Under the pieces are notes generated by a model. That model had not been told where the DNA came from and did no database searches. It saw only the letters and a program-made list of their open reading frames with translations. From Ramazzottius varieornatus (taxonomy: Eukaryota; Animalia; Tardigrada): 64,000 nucleotides of DNA. The stretch is taken from positions 5,136,448-5,200,447 of the forward strand of contig BDGG01000002.1 in NCBI GenBank assembly GCA_001949185.1, written 5' to 3'. This document shows positions 41,576-52,411 of the stretch, piece by piece. Numbering within the stretch: position 1 is the stretch's first letter; every line of letters starts with the position of its first letter. The translations under genes were made by a program, and so were the position numbers.

Positions 41576-44500
41576 CTACTGATCTTCCAGTCCGTCGAAG
41601 TACTCAATGACGAACTTATTGAAGGCATGGCGGTCCAGAGCACCGTTGTTCTGCTCCCACAAGTGGTTTCCGAAGTGGTCCAGGCCGTACTCTGCCAGAT
41701 ACCAATCCAGCTCCTCTCGGCTCATCATCGGGCCGTCCGCCTTCGGAGGCTCACGGCGGCCTCGTCCACGTTGTTCCGAGGCCTCAGCTACTTGAACTTC
41801 CTCCCGAGCTTCCTCCTGAGCTACCTCCCCAGCTGGATTTCCGTTATTCTGCAAACCAACCTAATTTTCACACTTTCTCGAAATGAAGCGGACTATCTCT
41901 TGAAAAAAATGCCGTGGAAAGTCGTGTGGAGATAATTATGGGACGTCAAGTGAGCTGATAAAGGTCGCTATATCAAGTGGCGCACATTCATATTATTATC
42001 TGATGCAAATGTGCGTCACTTGGGAAAACGATCATGTTCAAGTCATTCGCCGACGTCCCATATGGGTATCTCCATATAAGAATGCGTCCGAATAATGTCT
42101 GACCAAACTATTCAGGAGATCGAAGTTTCTGCACCCTCAGGCCAAACTCACACGCGACTTCTACCTACACCAAGCAAGCGCTGATGAACTTAAGATCCAA
42201 AGCCAGGTTCCACTTCCGACCACAGTTTAGAGTTACAAAGGAAAACAGCAGAAAGCTGAAAACCTATGCGGTGCAAGGATGAAGGATCAATACGTACAAC
42301 GGTCTTGTACGCTGTGCGCGCTGATGTTTACTCCATTAACCAGATGCATCAAAGTGGTACGACTACGTGGACAGGAAGTGGACGCTGGTCCGCGTCTCCT
42401 GCTGAAGCGCGTTGCAAATAGGAAAGACTAGCCCTTAGCGCCCTGCATCTTTTGAGTTCAATTCAAAAGTGTCAAAAGTTTCAGCCAATCGTTGTGGTCT
42501 GACCACCGCGGCAAATCGAACCTTGAGGTGCTGCCTGATATTCCGCAAAACTTGATACCATAAACGACAGATTCGAAGCCAAAACACTTGGGATGCATTC
42601 TCATATGGAGTACACGATTCCCCTTCTTCTACGGAAATCATAGCCAAGGCGGTGCCAAGCACGGCCTCTTCGTATGATTTCGTGCAAAACGGACAAATTA
42701 AGCGGAAGATGTGAAACGGCCAAAACAGCTTGATATGTTTTACTAAATATCGAAAGGTACTCGTACCTTTGCAGTGGCGGCAGAAGAACTTCCAGGGTCG
42801 GTGGGTGCAGTCGGCTGCACTTGTTCCATCTCAATCGGCTCCTGGTTAGTTTGGCTGTTGCGCTTCTCTACTGAAGCGCGAGTCTTGGCCTCAACCTCAC
42901 CCAAAGTCTTTGACAAAGTCTCCATGGACTGTATAAATGCATTCGCGATGGTACTTGCCGCTGACAGGAACTTCGTCCCAATGTCCGAGTTGGGGCTATT
43001 ATCACCAAACATATCCGTCAAGTTTGTCCTCCTGTCGAACAATGCCGGCCGCAGCACATTACATTAATCGGCGATACATACCTGAAGATTTCCTGGCTTT
43101 CGACCGATCGCATAGCGTTCAAGTCCACAGGCAACTGGCTATTTCCGTTGATCGACACTGCTCGCTCAGGCGTTGCAGGAGGTCGAGAAGCGCCACCTTG
43201 ATCATTCTGCACTTCCTCGACTTTCACCTCCTCCTGTGGAAATGCCTCCGGTAGAGCGTTTCCCTGGATGCTAGCCGTGGGAATCGGAGCATCGGCAACG
43301 ATCGCTTCTTGCAGGCTCAATCCAGAGCCCACCGAATGGAACGAAGCTTGGAGCGACGGAGGGCTGTTGGGCAAGCTGAAGGATTGCACCAACGAGCTTC
43401 CGACCGAAACAGTCGAGGCGTTCATGGGAGTAGCCACCTGTGAGCCCGACATCGAGCGACTGGACGCCCACGACTTTAAGAGGGTGAAGTCATGCCCATC
43501 TTCTTCTTCGTCATCCGTTTCCACATACACCACCGAACCAGTCTCGTCCACCTCGTCAGTAGCGATGAACTGGTCCGTGCTGACCAAACTGGCACTGCTA
43601 CCGTTTCCAACTGAAACCAAACCACCAAATTTAGTCCATTATCACCCTGATCGTGATACGACGAAGATCAAACTCGACCAGACTGTTCGGCCTCAGTGGT
43701 AAGTAGTACTTACCAGTCTTGGCATCGTCAAGTTCCACGAAGGACGATCCAGGCGATGAAACTACGACCACACTGCTACCGGCGCTACCAGTGGGCTTCT
43801 TGCTCGGGGAAGCGGTGTGACCAGCTTCCATCTCAGCCAGCTCACGCTTCACCGCGTCAATCTTCGAGTTCACGCTCTCCAAGTTCTCGTCGTTCTGAGC
43901 TCGCAGAACTGCCAGAGCAGCTTGCAACTCCTGATCGGCAGTATCAACTCTTGATCGTGTCATTTCTTCGTGACTGAAAAGCCACATCTCATCAATACAA
44001 ACGTATCGCCCAGAAAAGCACCATCAAAACTCCACCACTTGTGTCACATTGTAAACTTATGATAATAATTTTTTTTTACTCGTCAGGTTGCTTGTAGCGA
44101 TCTTGCTCGCTCATCCGTGGGACCACGTGGAGACCTTTGAACCTTCCAAAGCCGGAAAAGCGAGAACCAGCCGACAGAACCTCCAAAGACTTCATCGAGC
44201 TCATACTTTCTGCGTAAGACGTGTTCTGCGACATCTGAGACAGTTTTTCATCAATCTGGCTTGCCAGCGTGGTGAATTTATCCTCGATGACACACAGGAG
44301 CTCCTTCTTGATCTACAGAAACACACAACACAAAACGAGAACTATGATCAACTGTCTACTGCTTGGCGGTCAGCGATCGTACCTGCGCAGCCCATTTTGG
44401 ACATTCCTCAAACGCCTACCAAACAGAACTGCACTTTACGAACTCCCTCATAAACCAATAGATATGTAAGGCAGCAAACGTTTTAGTACAGGCTAACCTG

Positions 44501-45305
44501 ACAATTTTCAGACGATTTCGGCATCACTGCTCCTTTCTGCACGGCCAACAACAGCGACTTTGGTTGTGACCCTTCCTTGTTAGTATCGATCTTCTCCAAA
44601 GCAGCGCTAGTTTTCGAGGGATACAGCACCACTTTCAAGACATCTTTGGTCTGACGGGCTTCTTCGACGGCCTGCAAAATACGAGAAAGTGATGTGAGTT
44701 CTTAGTTCTATTTGCACACTGGATAATAATAATCTTTCGATGGAATAACCAACTGGGTGATTAAAAGCTTACCGCCAGCACTTTGGCGAAGCTATGGGCA
44801 TCCTTGATCTCTACTCCCTGAAAGAAAACACAGGGTAAGCACTGGAGCTGCACCTCGATCGCATATTTCGGACTCCGAACACCCGATGACGATGCAAAAA
44901 AACAGCCAGAGGATGTTTTCCCATCGGCCATCACCGTCAATCAACAATCATAAAACTCTTTCTAACAAGGCTTTACCGTATCGCTGATGGAGTGCCCTTT
45001 CGGTATCAGATGAACTTCCACTGGAACAGCAGTGAGATCCGACAACTGAAACAAACAAAACGGATCAGAGCACTCCTAACTTAAGTGCCAACAGTACGAG
45101 ACGCTATTTTGCACATTATCACACTGATTCCTCTCTCAAAAGGATCGTTTTATCAGCTCTGCCTTCGCCAGTGCTTTCCCAAACACAAACTCACTTGTTT
45201 GATCCAGGTTTCATAGCTCGAGGTATCCAAGCTCGCGAGGAGTGTTCGTTCCTCGAACTTAACGATGGCCAGAACGTCCTTCAGATTTTCCGTCTTCCCC
45301 GACAT
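41576..45305 (-). CDS. Multi-exon protein, divergent NBR1/p62-like selective autophagy receptor candidate (PB1-like, coiled coil, LIR-like, UBA-like)
   Basis: ATG at 45305 (MSGKTENLKDVLAIVKFEERTLLASLD...GVEIKDAHSFAKVLAAVEEARQTKDVLKVVLYP, PB1-like). CPKWAAQ|IKKELLCVIEDKFTTLASQIDEKL coiled coil; acidic DDEEEDGHDFTLL; amphipathic DIGTKFLSAASTIANAF; C-terminal LAEYGLDHFGNHLWEQNNGAL. About 10 GT-AG exons. The gene model is well supported; the family call is inference. Confidence 0.6.
41926..42074. mobile_element. Foldback/MITE-like element, family A copy 5 (best preserved)
   Basis: TATGGGACGTC (41937-41947) / GACGTCCCATA (42052-42062); inner CAAGTGGCGCACATT / AATGTGCGTCACTTG; outer TGGAGATA/TATCTCCA. 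Confidence 0.78.
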
Positions 45306-45533
45306 CCTCCAGCTTGCCAGCTATCAGTACAACTTGTTCAACACTTCCTACGGACGAAATACTTCAGTTCCTTCGAATCAAAAGAAAACCCACTAGACTC
45401 CAAGAATTGCACGTAGCCACATCGCTAATCAAAATTAATCATACGCGTATTGCGGCGGTGAACGTCGCAAAAACAGATATGACCTCATGATCACAGTGGG
45501 ATTCGAGTCATTCCTCCCGAATATGAGTCATAA

Positions 45534-45569
45534 CTCAGGCCCAGGGGTAGGCCTACCCCTGGGCCTGAG
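45534..45569. repeat. Perfect 36-bp palindrome (no spacer)
   Basis: CTCAGGCCCAGGGGTAGG|CCTACCCCTGGGCCTGAG; imperfect extension to ~45509-45591. Confidence 0.95.
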
Positions 45570-46034
45570 GGTCTGACTTGGCCTGGGAATGTAATTCTGT
45601 ATTCCAAAATCTATTGATTATTTAAAATACTTTTTTGAATCAGTCTTTTCAAATTGCCGTGCACGAGAACTACATTAAAATACAGGCTGAAAATTCCACA
45701 GGATCATTCGATAGCTACATTCGGCCTAAACAAGATTTCATGAAAGGATAGGTGTGGATTGTTTCCGAATCTGCCGACTTCTGAAACAAAAGAAGGAGCA
45801 CTTCCAGCATCGAAACTCAAATTGCAAATATTGAAAGGATGCCGGCCGGCGGCCAGCGAGATTTTCCAAATTCTGCTTCGAAGGACATTCAAGACTTACT
45901 GTCGGGAACACGGAAAAAGCACGACAAAACCAAGCGAATCAGTTGACTGATCGTCTGATTGAGCAGCATTTCCCGTTTTAATTTCAAATACACCTTGAGT
46001 GCATAGAACAGCTGCACTCCTGTATTTGAACCTG

Positions 46035-46135
46035 ATTCATGCGTACGATTCCGTTCAGAAAAATAGATTACGAGGATCAGAGATCTTGTTAGCTGATTTC
46101 TCCCGGTAGCGGAATGATCGAGAGGTAAGATCAGC
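46035..46135 (+). repeat. Dispersed ~90-bp repeat, copy 1 (copy 2 at 51101-51196)
   Basis: ATTCA(T/C)GCGTACGA...GAGGATCAGAGATC...TGAT...GTAGCGG(A/G)ATGATCGA is shared by both copies in direct orientation. Confidence 0.7.
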
Positions 46136-47480
46136 TTTCTGGAAGGGCCCTTTGATAGTCCTTCCAGCTGTTTAAACATTCAAAGCCAATGTCGGCTCAA
46201 GTTGTTCTGCAGGAGGTTCACCATTTGGAAAGTCTTGGTGTCTATCGTTGGTGAAACAGAGCTTAGACTACGTTCAGCAAATAGTGAAATTCTGGAATAA
46301 TCCTGTTTTTCCAACTCCCATCCAACTCATCATGCCTATCACTCCTGTTCGAATCTTTTTGGTCAGTGGTTTTGCCTTGAAAGTTTTGCGATGTTCCCGG
46401 TGCTTGCTAACTGTTCCGTGATGAATGATACACGCACGATGGTTAATTAGGGGACAGTAAAAAAATTGGGACAGGCCTTTTCGCTACGGTAGCGGTGGTA
46501 CGGAAGCATGTACGTACACGACCGATTCACACTGTTTTACTTTCCAATATTTTTCTACGGTTAAAGTTCCATTTTACCGTCCTTTCCGGCTGTCTCACAA
46601 CTTTACTGTCCTTTAATTTCCCATCGAGCGTGTACAGAACAATGAAGTTATTAGAGGAAGCGTATAAATGTATACACGACCTGAAGGGTAAAACGTGGTT
46701 AGAGCGTGGTAACTGACGTGAGATATTTGCGGAAAAATTGAGCCGTGGTATCTGTACGATGTCGTACGATGTCTCAAGCACGGTCGGAGTGTGTAGTTAG
46801 AATCAACAAGCAAGGTAGACGTACGCAATTATGGACCGAGGCAGTGAAGTGCCACGCGGCACAACCTGAATCAGTACGAAAACGGAAAACTGTAGTCACG
46901 CCAGCAACCGCTACTGCCGCACCAGAAAGGCATTCTCGAGACCTGGAAGTCGGTGGATCGACTCATGTTCGCCTTATATTTTTATATTTATTACTAGTAT
47001 TAATTGCAATTCCAACCCCAATTATCGTTCCCGGTCTTCCCAGGCAGCCGTTGCCGGTCCTCGTGTTTGGGCGGGATTTTCCCGATGCTGTAATTCTGAA
47101 CTCGCTAGGGTGGGAATATTCCCGGCCTTAGTCCAGGTGCGCGAGTCAGCTGGAAAACGCCGCGGCAAGGTTCAGTAGAGCACGGAACCTGGCCGCGTGC
47201 ACCGTACCGGACTGCAGCTGTGCTGTGCTGCAGCACAGCTCCAGTGCGGAAATCGACGAGATTTGTGCAGCACAGCAAAGCATGAAGCCGAAGACTGCCG
47301 CACAGATCCACGGACCAAAATTTAACAAAATTGGTACTTTTGGGTATTCGAGTTTCACGAGGGGATTTAGCCAATGCTTCAGTGTTATTTCACAAACTGA
47401 AACCACAGAGAGTTAGAGGAGAGTTTCCTCTATTGACTGGGATGAACCAGGCCGGCAGAAAAAATCCTGGGAGGCACAAC

Positions 47481-47512
47481 AGGAAGCGGAAGTGACGTCA
47501 GAATCTGGGCGG
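47481..47512 (+). promoter_or_regulatory. ETS-ETS-CRE composite plus GC box within the transposon inverted repeat (mirror copy at 49578-49610)
   Basis: AGGAAGCGGAAGTGACGTCAgaatctGGGCGG; identical reverse complement in the right arm. Function not shown. Confidence 0.45.
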
Positions 47513-47696
47513 AACTTGGGCATCAGCAAAGTTGACATCGGCATTACTCAAGTGCTTTGATTGTCTGCTGGCTGATTCGCTATTTGATTGGTCTGTAGCA
47601 CTATATGGGTGGAAGAGCAGCTGATCACCAAAGTTTTGATTGTTGTGTCAAACTTCGTTCTCTTTTCTCGTTTTCTCTCCTCCAGTTATCGCTGGC

Positions 47697-49556
47697 ATGG
47701 ATTCTATTAACCCCTTGAACATCTCAAAGCTTCTGGAGATGGACTATGAACATGATTTTCAACCCAACGACTCTCCAAGTGACCATGACAAGTTGCTCAA
47801 GGTATGGTATCAAAGGTATGGTAGGCTTGTTGATAAGGTATACGCTTGAAGCCCATCCGAATCCATCATTCGCTTGCAGACTTTCTGGATATTCACATCA
47901 ACCAAGCTGGAAGTCCGATCTTGGCCATCGAGGACAATCTTCAGTACGAACTACAGATCAGTTTGCCGACGTTCGAAGAGTTCGAAAAGTCTGTCGCAAA
48001 AAACAACCTGTTGACTGGACATCGCGAAGCTGATTTTGAGCCAACCCCAAACGATCGCCTTGGAGAACTTGACTCAAGCGCAACTGAACCTTCTTCGCAT
48101 GAGCTGTTTGTGCCTACAATTCCCGATCCAAAAGTGCCGTCGAGGCAAGCAGCTGATCTGGATTACAAGAAACGTGCCGTACGATTCTGGAGTAATGCCA
48201 TCACAAAGAAGCGACGTAGTCTGTCAAGTGTTCAAGTCTTATTCAAGAAAGTTACCAGTGTGCGTCAGCTCAATGAATAGGAGCGGCAGGTAGAAGACGG
48301 TGGTTCGCGTATCGATAAGCTGACAGCGTTACGACTGGAGACTGGAAGACAGTTCTTTCTTGCCAAGCAGAAGCCTCACGTAGTGAAGGACATAGACATT
48401 CGGCGATGGGCTGTCACCGCGAATCGCGAGATCGACCTTCCTGGTTTTGTAGCGTCGTCATATTGGGTTAGCAGATCTAAGCGGTAAGTGCCATATCGTG
48501 TTCTTATTTTATTTGGTGGCAGGAACGCCTGAGTGAACCTTCTGTTGTCAATATTCCTCAACGGATTAATTTGCGGTTTAGGTACCACGGTATCTGCGAC
48601 CGCAAAATCACCAAGTTCGTGACAGAAAAGTATCTGCAGGAAGAACCAGATAGAAAGAAGAGTGCCGCCGAATGCGTTGCTCTCGTCGGATCAAGGATTC
48701 AAGCATATGGACTGGACTGCCTCTGGAACGCTGATCAGTCTGGATTCGAATACGAGATGAGGCCAGGTCGGACTTTGGATTTGGTGGGCGCAAAGCACGT
48801 TCTTGCTCTCACTCGGTCTGAGAGTTCCATGACTCACAGTTGCACTGTGATGATATGTGTCTCACCAGGTGCTCGAAAGTATCTTGCCGTTCTTTTCATT
48901 ACACTGCAGGAAGATAAAGGTGTCTTCGAGCCGATCGTGAAAAGAACGATGTTTAGAGCGAGCAACCTTCACGTTACCGCATCAACATCCGGCAAAATGA
49001 CAAAGGAGCTTTCGTCGGATGGTGCGAAAAGGTCTTCTTCCCACAAATGGACGGACATTGCTTGTTCCTGGCAGATTCTTGGCCGACGTTTGCCGATCAA
49101 GAAGCTGTAGAGGAACTCACGCCAGAGGAACTGGAGTACGAGATGATCGCGATTCCTCCTAAACTCACCGGCCAGATCCTGCCTCTAGATGTGCTGTGTT
49201 TTCAGATGTACAAAGGATACTTTCGAAAGGTGTCAAATTAGATATTTCTGAACGATCAGCCTGTACAGGTTCACCATCGGAACGTTATTCTCAAGCTGCA
49301 TTCGCTGAGCTATCAGCAGTTCAGTTCTTGTAGGTTTGAGAATCTCATCGCACAAGCCTGGCATTTGTCTGGATATATTGACAGGTCTTACAAGTACGTA
49401 AATCCTGCGGAAATTTGTGTTGATGGACTAGTTGGTCCTCGTGACCGTGTTGACTGTAACCGCTCGTTGCTGTTGAAGTGTGGCTGGTGTAAGGCTGCAT
49501 TGTGCTTCAATCATTTTTACGAGAGATATCATTTCTGTAAAACTTATGTTCCTTGA
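47697..49556 (+). pseudogene. Disrupted pogo-family transposase (CENP-B-type HTH, DDE_1 catalytic core, C-terminal Cys/His finger)
   Basis: DIDIRRWA...FVASSYWV (HTH); WNADQSGF, LFLADSW, IPPKLTGQILPLDV (DDD-type triad); CGWCKAALCFNHF...HFC. In-frame stops at 48278-48280 and 49239-49241, a frameshift near 49010, and a GT-AG intron at ~48484-48581. Confidence 0.85.
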
Positions 49557-51050
49557 TGGTCTCTATCTTTACCATGTTCCGCCCAGATTCTGACGTCACT
49601 TCCGCTTCCTGTTGTGTCTTCCAGGATTTTTTTCTGCCGGCCTCGTTCATCCCAGTCGATAGAGAAAACTCTCCTCTACCTCTCTGTCGTTTCAGTTTGT
49701 GAAATAAGACTGGAGCATTAGCTAAATCCCTTCGTCAGGTATCTGAGTTTTGCCGTACCGTATGGCCACGTTTTCCCGGTGGACTACCCATTTTGCCGAC
49801 AATACTATAAGATAAGTCAGTACATCAGCGTACAGCGCAGTTGCAATAGGTCCATGTGCATCTGCAGCGCTGCTGCCTAGCCACTGAGCATGAAAGTTGT
49901 GCAGCACAGCGCAGCGTACAGCGACCTGGTAGCGTGCGCAGCAGTGTTGCCGCGTAATTTTGAACTAGTTTAGAACTTGGCGCTCCGGTCCTGCGATTGT
50001 TCGGTTCACTGTTCGTCCAACCAGTCTTCGAACAACGTCGGTCCAGGTCCGGACCTACGAGCAACCACTCTGGCATCCAAATTGACCCAAAGCAGCCTTC
50101 AGGGAAGAGTTGCTGGAAATTCTCCATCTCCTAAATAAATCTGCGGTTGCCTCAAGTCGACTACTTCCTCTTTACCACGCAGTGCAAATTTTCGTCAACC
50201 AAGCAGTCTTGTAGTTGTGCAGCGTTCGAGTGCATCTAATCAAGTCAAATGGTGACGGAACCGCTGTTTTTACGTGCGTGTCGTCATGTTCTGATGCTCA
50301 CTGCACACCTGCGTTCGACACCTATCCGTCATTAGCCCAATTCGCGAAAAACTGAAATTTTCGAGCAAGTCTACTTCAGGGTCCACCGAGACCACCCAGG
50401 GGCGTCCTCCCAAAGTGTTTTGTTATTTTTTTCCCAAACAGTGATGAGCTGCTGAATGTTGCCTTTCTGGAGCGTGAAACACGGGATCAAGCGGTTGATT
50501 GATTGCGTTCCCCTGAGAAGTAGGCAGGGCGATAATTATGGCCTTGGGCGTCATATTGAATGCCACACAGTACGTAATGTTATGTCATTCATATATAGCT
50601 AAACTCAAAACAAGTGTTTTAGTCAATCAAGGAACGAAAACAACGGAAGAACACTTGTCGACTTACTCTCACATGTATGATGTACCACACGAACAACGGC
50701 GGTAAAAGCAGCATCAGATGCCTTGAAACGAGTTGCTCCGCAGTGGGAGTCTGCGCCGCGTACGCAGCACTAACGTATATGGTGGAGTTTGTAATGACTC
50801 AAAAACAGCATTTCACGCTTTGAGCGTTTTGGCAAGCCATGTCAAAGTGGAGGCCATATCTAGCAGCTCGTCAGCAGTGTTATTTTAATGATTGTAATGG
50901 ATAATTTAAAATGTTCGAAAATCGGCCGTTTTGAATTGTACTATGACAATTAAAATTGGCAAACTCAGCCAACGGATTTTACTGTATAGTAAAACTATAG
51001 TAAAATTGGCTGGATGGTGGGATAGTAAAACAGATACGTCATACGCGTGA

Positions 51051-51100
51051 NNNNNNNNNNNNNNNNNNNNNNNNNNNNNNNNNNNNNNNNNNNNNNNNNN
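51051..51100. other. Assembly gap (50 N)
   Basis: Run of n bases. Confidence 1.
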
Positions 51101-51196
51101 ATTCACGCGTACGACTGTGTGGAGGATCGTACATACTGAGGATCAGAGATCCTATCAGTTGATCTTCGCCCGTAGCGGGATGATCGAAAGCTGATT
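51101..51196 (+). repeat. Dispersed ~90-bp repeat, copy 2
   Basis: Similar to 46035-46135; begins at the gap edge. Confidence 0.7.
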
Positions 51197-51316
51197 TCAA
51201 CTTTGTAAAACGGCTAATTTGACCCGCCTCGCGAACTAAGAGCTATGGCCGTAAAAGAATCCATAAAAAATGTCGGATGGGTTGGCCAGGAGGCTAAAAG
51301 TACCACACATCGGTAG

Positions 51317-52411
51317 ATGAAACAGAGCTTAGTAAGTTCCAAATTTCCAATACTGTTTCCAAAAACAATCAAATCTGAAATTCATGAATTCGAATCTCTT
51401 GGAGAAATTAGCCTCCCATGGTTTCTGCCTGCATTAGGTCCGACATTCCTCTTGGAAGACTGCGCTCCGAAGGCGTCATCGATCATTGTCGAAACTCCGA
51501 ACTCCGGAGAAGTAACGACACTACCGGAAGCTCCGAGGACGTTGACGCCAGTGTGCGATGCTGCTGATATCCCTCTTATCAGGCATCTGTATACCGGAAT
51601 TGTTAGGATGGCTCGCGTGATGGACACGAACGACGGAAACGGAGACTTCAGCATGCTAAAGGACAATGGAAAGAAGAAGCGAGTTTTTCTGTGCAATCGA
51701 ATGGACGAAGCCGAGCTTGGACAAGTCTACAAAGTGATCAATCGCCAGTCAACCATCGGTCTGGCTCTCACCTTCGATCTGAAGAATCTGGAAGCGGGAC
51801 TGCAGAATCTCACCTACATCATCGTTTCTACGCTAGACCCGTCTCACATGACGTACGTTTTTGACTGCGTCAGTCTGGATCCGATCGAAATCCTCGCGGA
51901 CCTGAAAACCGTCTTGACCAATCCACACATAACGAAGGTGGTGAATGACTTGTACAACTCCATGTACTACCTGTACCACCGGCATTACCTAGAAGTGCAG
52001 GATGTGATGGACATCCAGATCAGCCACCGTAGTCTGGTCCAAAAGCGAGAAAAGGGAACCGAATCTACGCAAGCTCAACCTTCGCTGGATGACATGATCC
52101 GTCTTTACGTTGACTGGAAGTTTGCCTGGCCGATTAAGTCTAAAAAGAAATTGAATCCCGTGGACTTATGGAGCAATCCAGATCCTCTTTGTGAAGTACA
52201 GATAGCTGATGCAGCGCTTCAGGGAATGTACTTGCTAGATATCTTTCAGGCACAACAGCAGATGATTCTGGCTAACACGGTTCAGCGCCTCGGACCAGAA
52301 GCCCGCGGAAAACTAAAGGTTCTAAGCGCTGGTCGGTTTTCTCAGCACCAGATGATTAACTGTTATCTAACCAAAAGTTTGCATGTAGGATCTGTCGAAC
52401 AAACTAGCTGA
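51317..52411 (+). CDS. DnaQ-like 3'-5' exonuclease domain protein, EXD1/Egalitarian-like, probably catalytically inactive; true termini uncertain
   Basis: 364-aa ORF with IGLAL...TYVFDC...LKTVLTNPHITKVVND...LYHRHYLEVQDVMDIQI...LWSNPDPL...AALQGMYLL, matching the EXD1/WRN-exo pattern (YLFD, LKxILEDxxIxKVxHD, NVFDTQ, WxxRP, YLL). Confidence 0.7.
   Translation: MKQSLVSSKFPILFPKTIKSEIHEFESLGEISLPWFLPALGPTFLLEDCAPKASSIIVETPNSGEVTTLPEAPRTLTPVCDAADIPLIRHLYTGIVRMARVMDTNDGNGDFSMLKDNGKKKRVFLCNRMDEAELGQVYKVINRQSTIGLALTFDLKNLEAGLQNLTYIIVSTLDPSHMTYVFDCVSLDPIEILADLKTVLTNPHITKVVNDLYNSMYYLYHRHYLEVQDVMDIQISHRSLVQKREKGTESTQAQPSLDDMIRLYVDWKFAWPIKSKKKLNPVDLWSNPDPLCEVQIADAALQGMYLLDIFQAQQQMILANTVQRLGPEARGKLKVLSAGRFSQHQMINCYLTKSLHVGSVEQTS

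Larger units (their letters stand above)
47357..49735 (+). mobile_element. pogo/Tigger-like (DDE_1) DNA transposon with long inverted repeats; weaker homology extends further out
   Basis: Highly similar inverted repeats of ~163 bp at 47357-47519 and 49572-49735 enclose a transposase remnant. Confidence 0.85.

Noticed and set aside
42435-42662. 75-aa minus-strand ORF within the last intron of the NBR1-like gene
   Set aside because: No convincing splice sites or ZZ/FW similarity.
47697-49556. Domesticated (CENP-B/TIGD-like) functional gene
   Set aside because: Two in-frame stops, a frameshift and retained inverted repeats indicate a dead transposon copy.
51317-52411. Horizontally acquired bacterial RNase D
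   Set aside because: The motif pattern and loss of catalytic residues fit animal EXD1/Egl-like proteins; lack of introns alone is not evidence of transfer.
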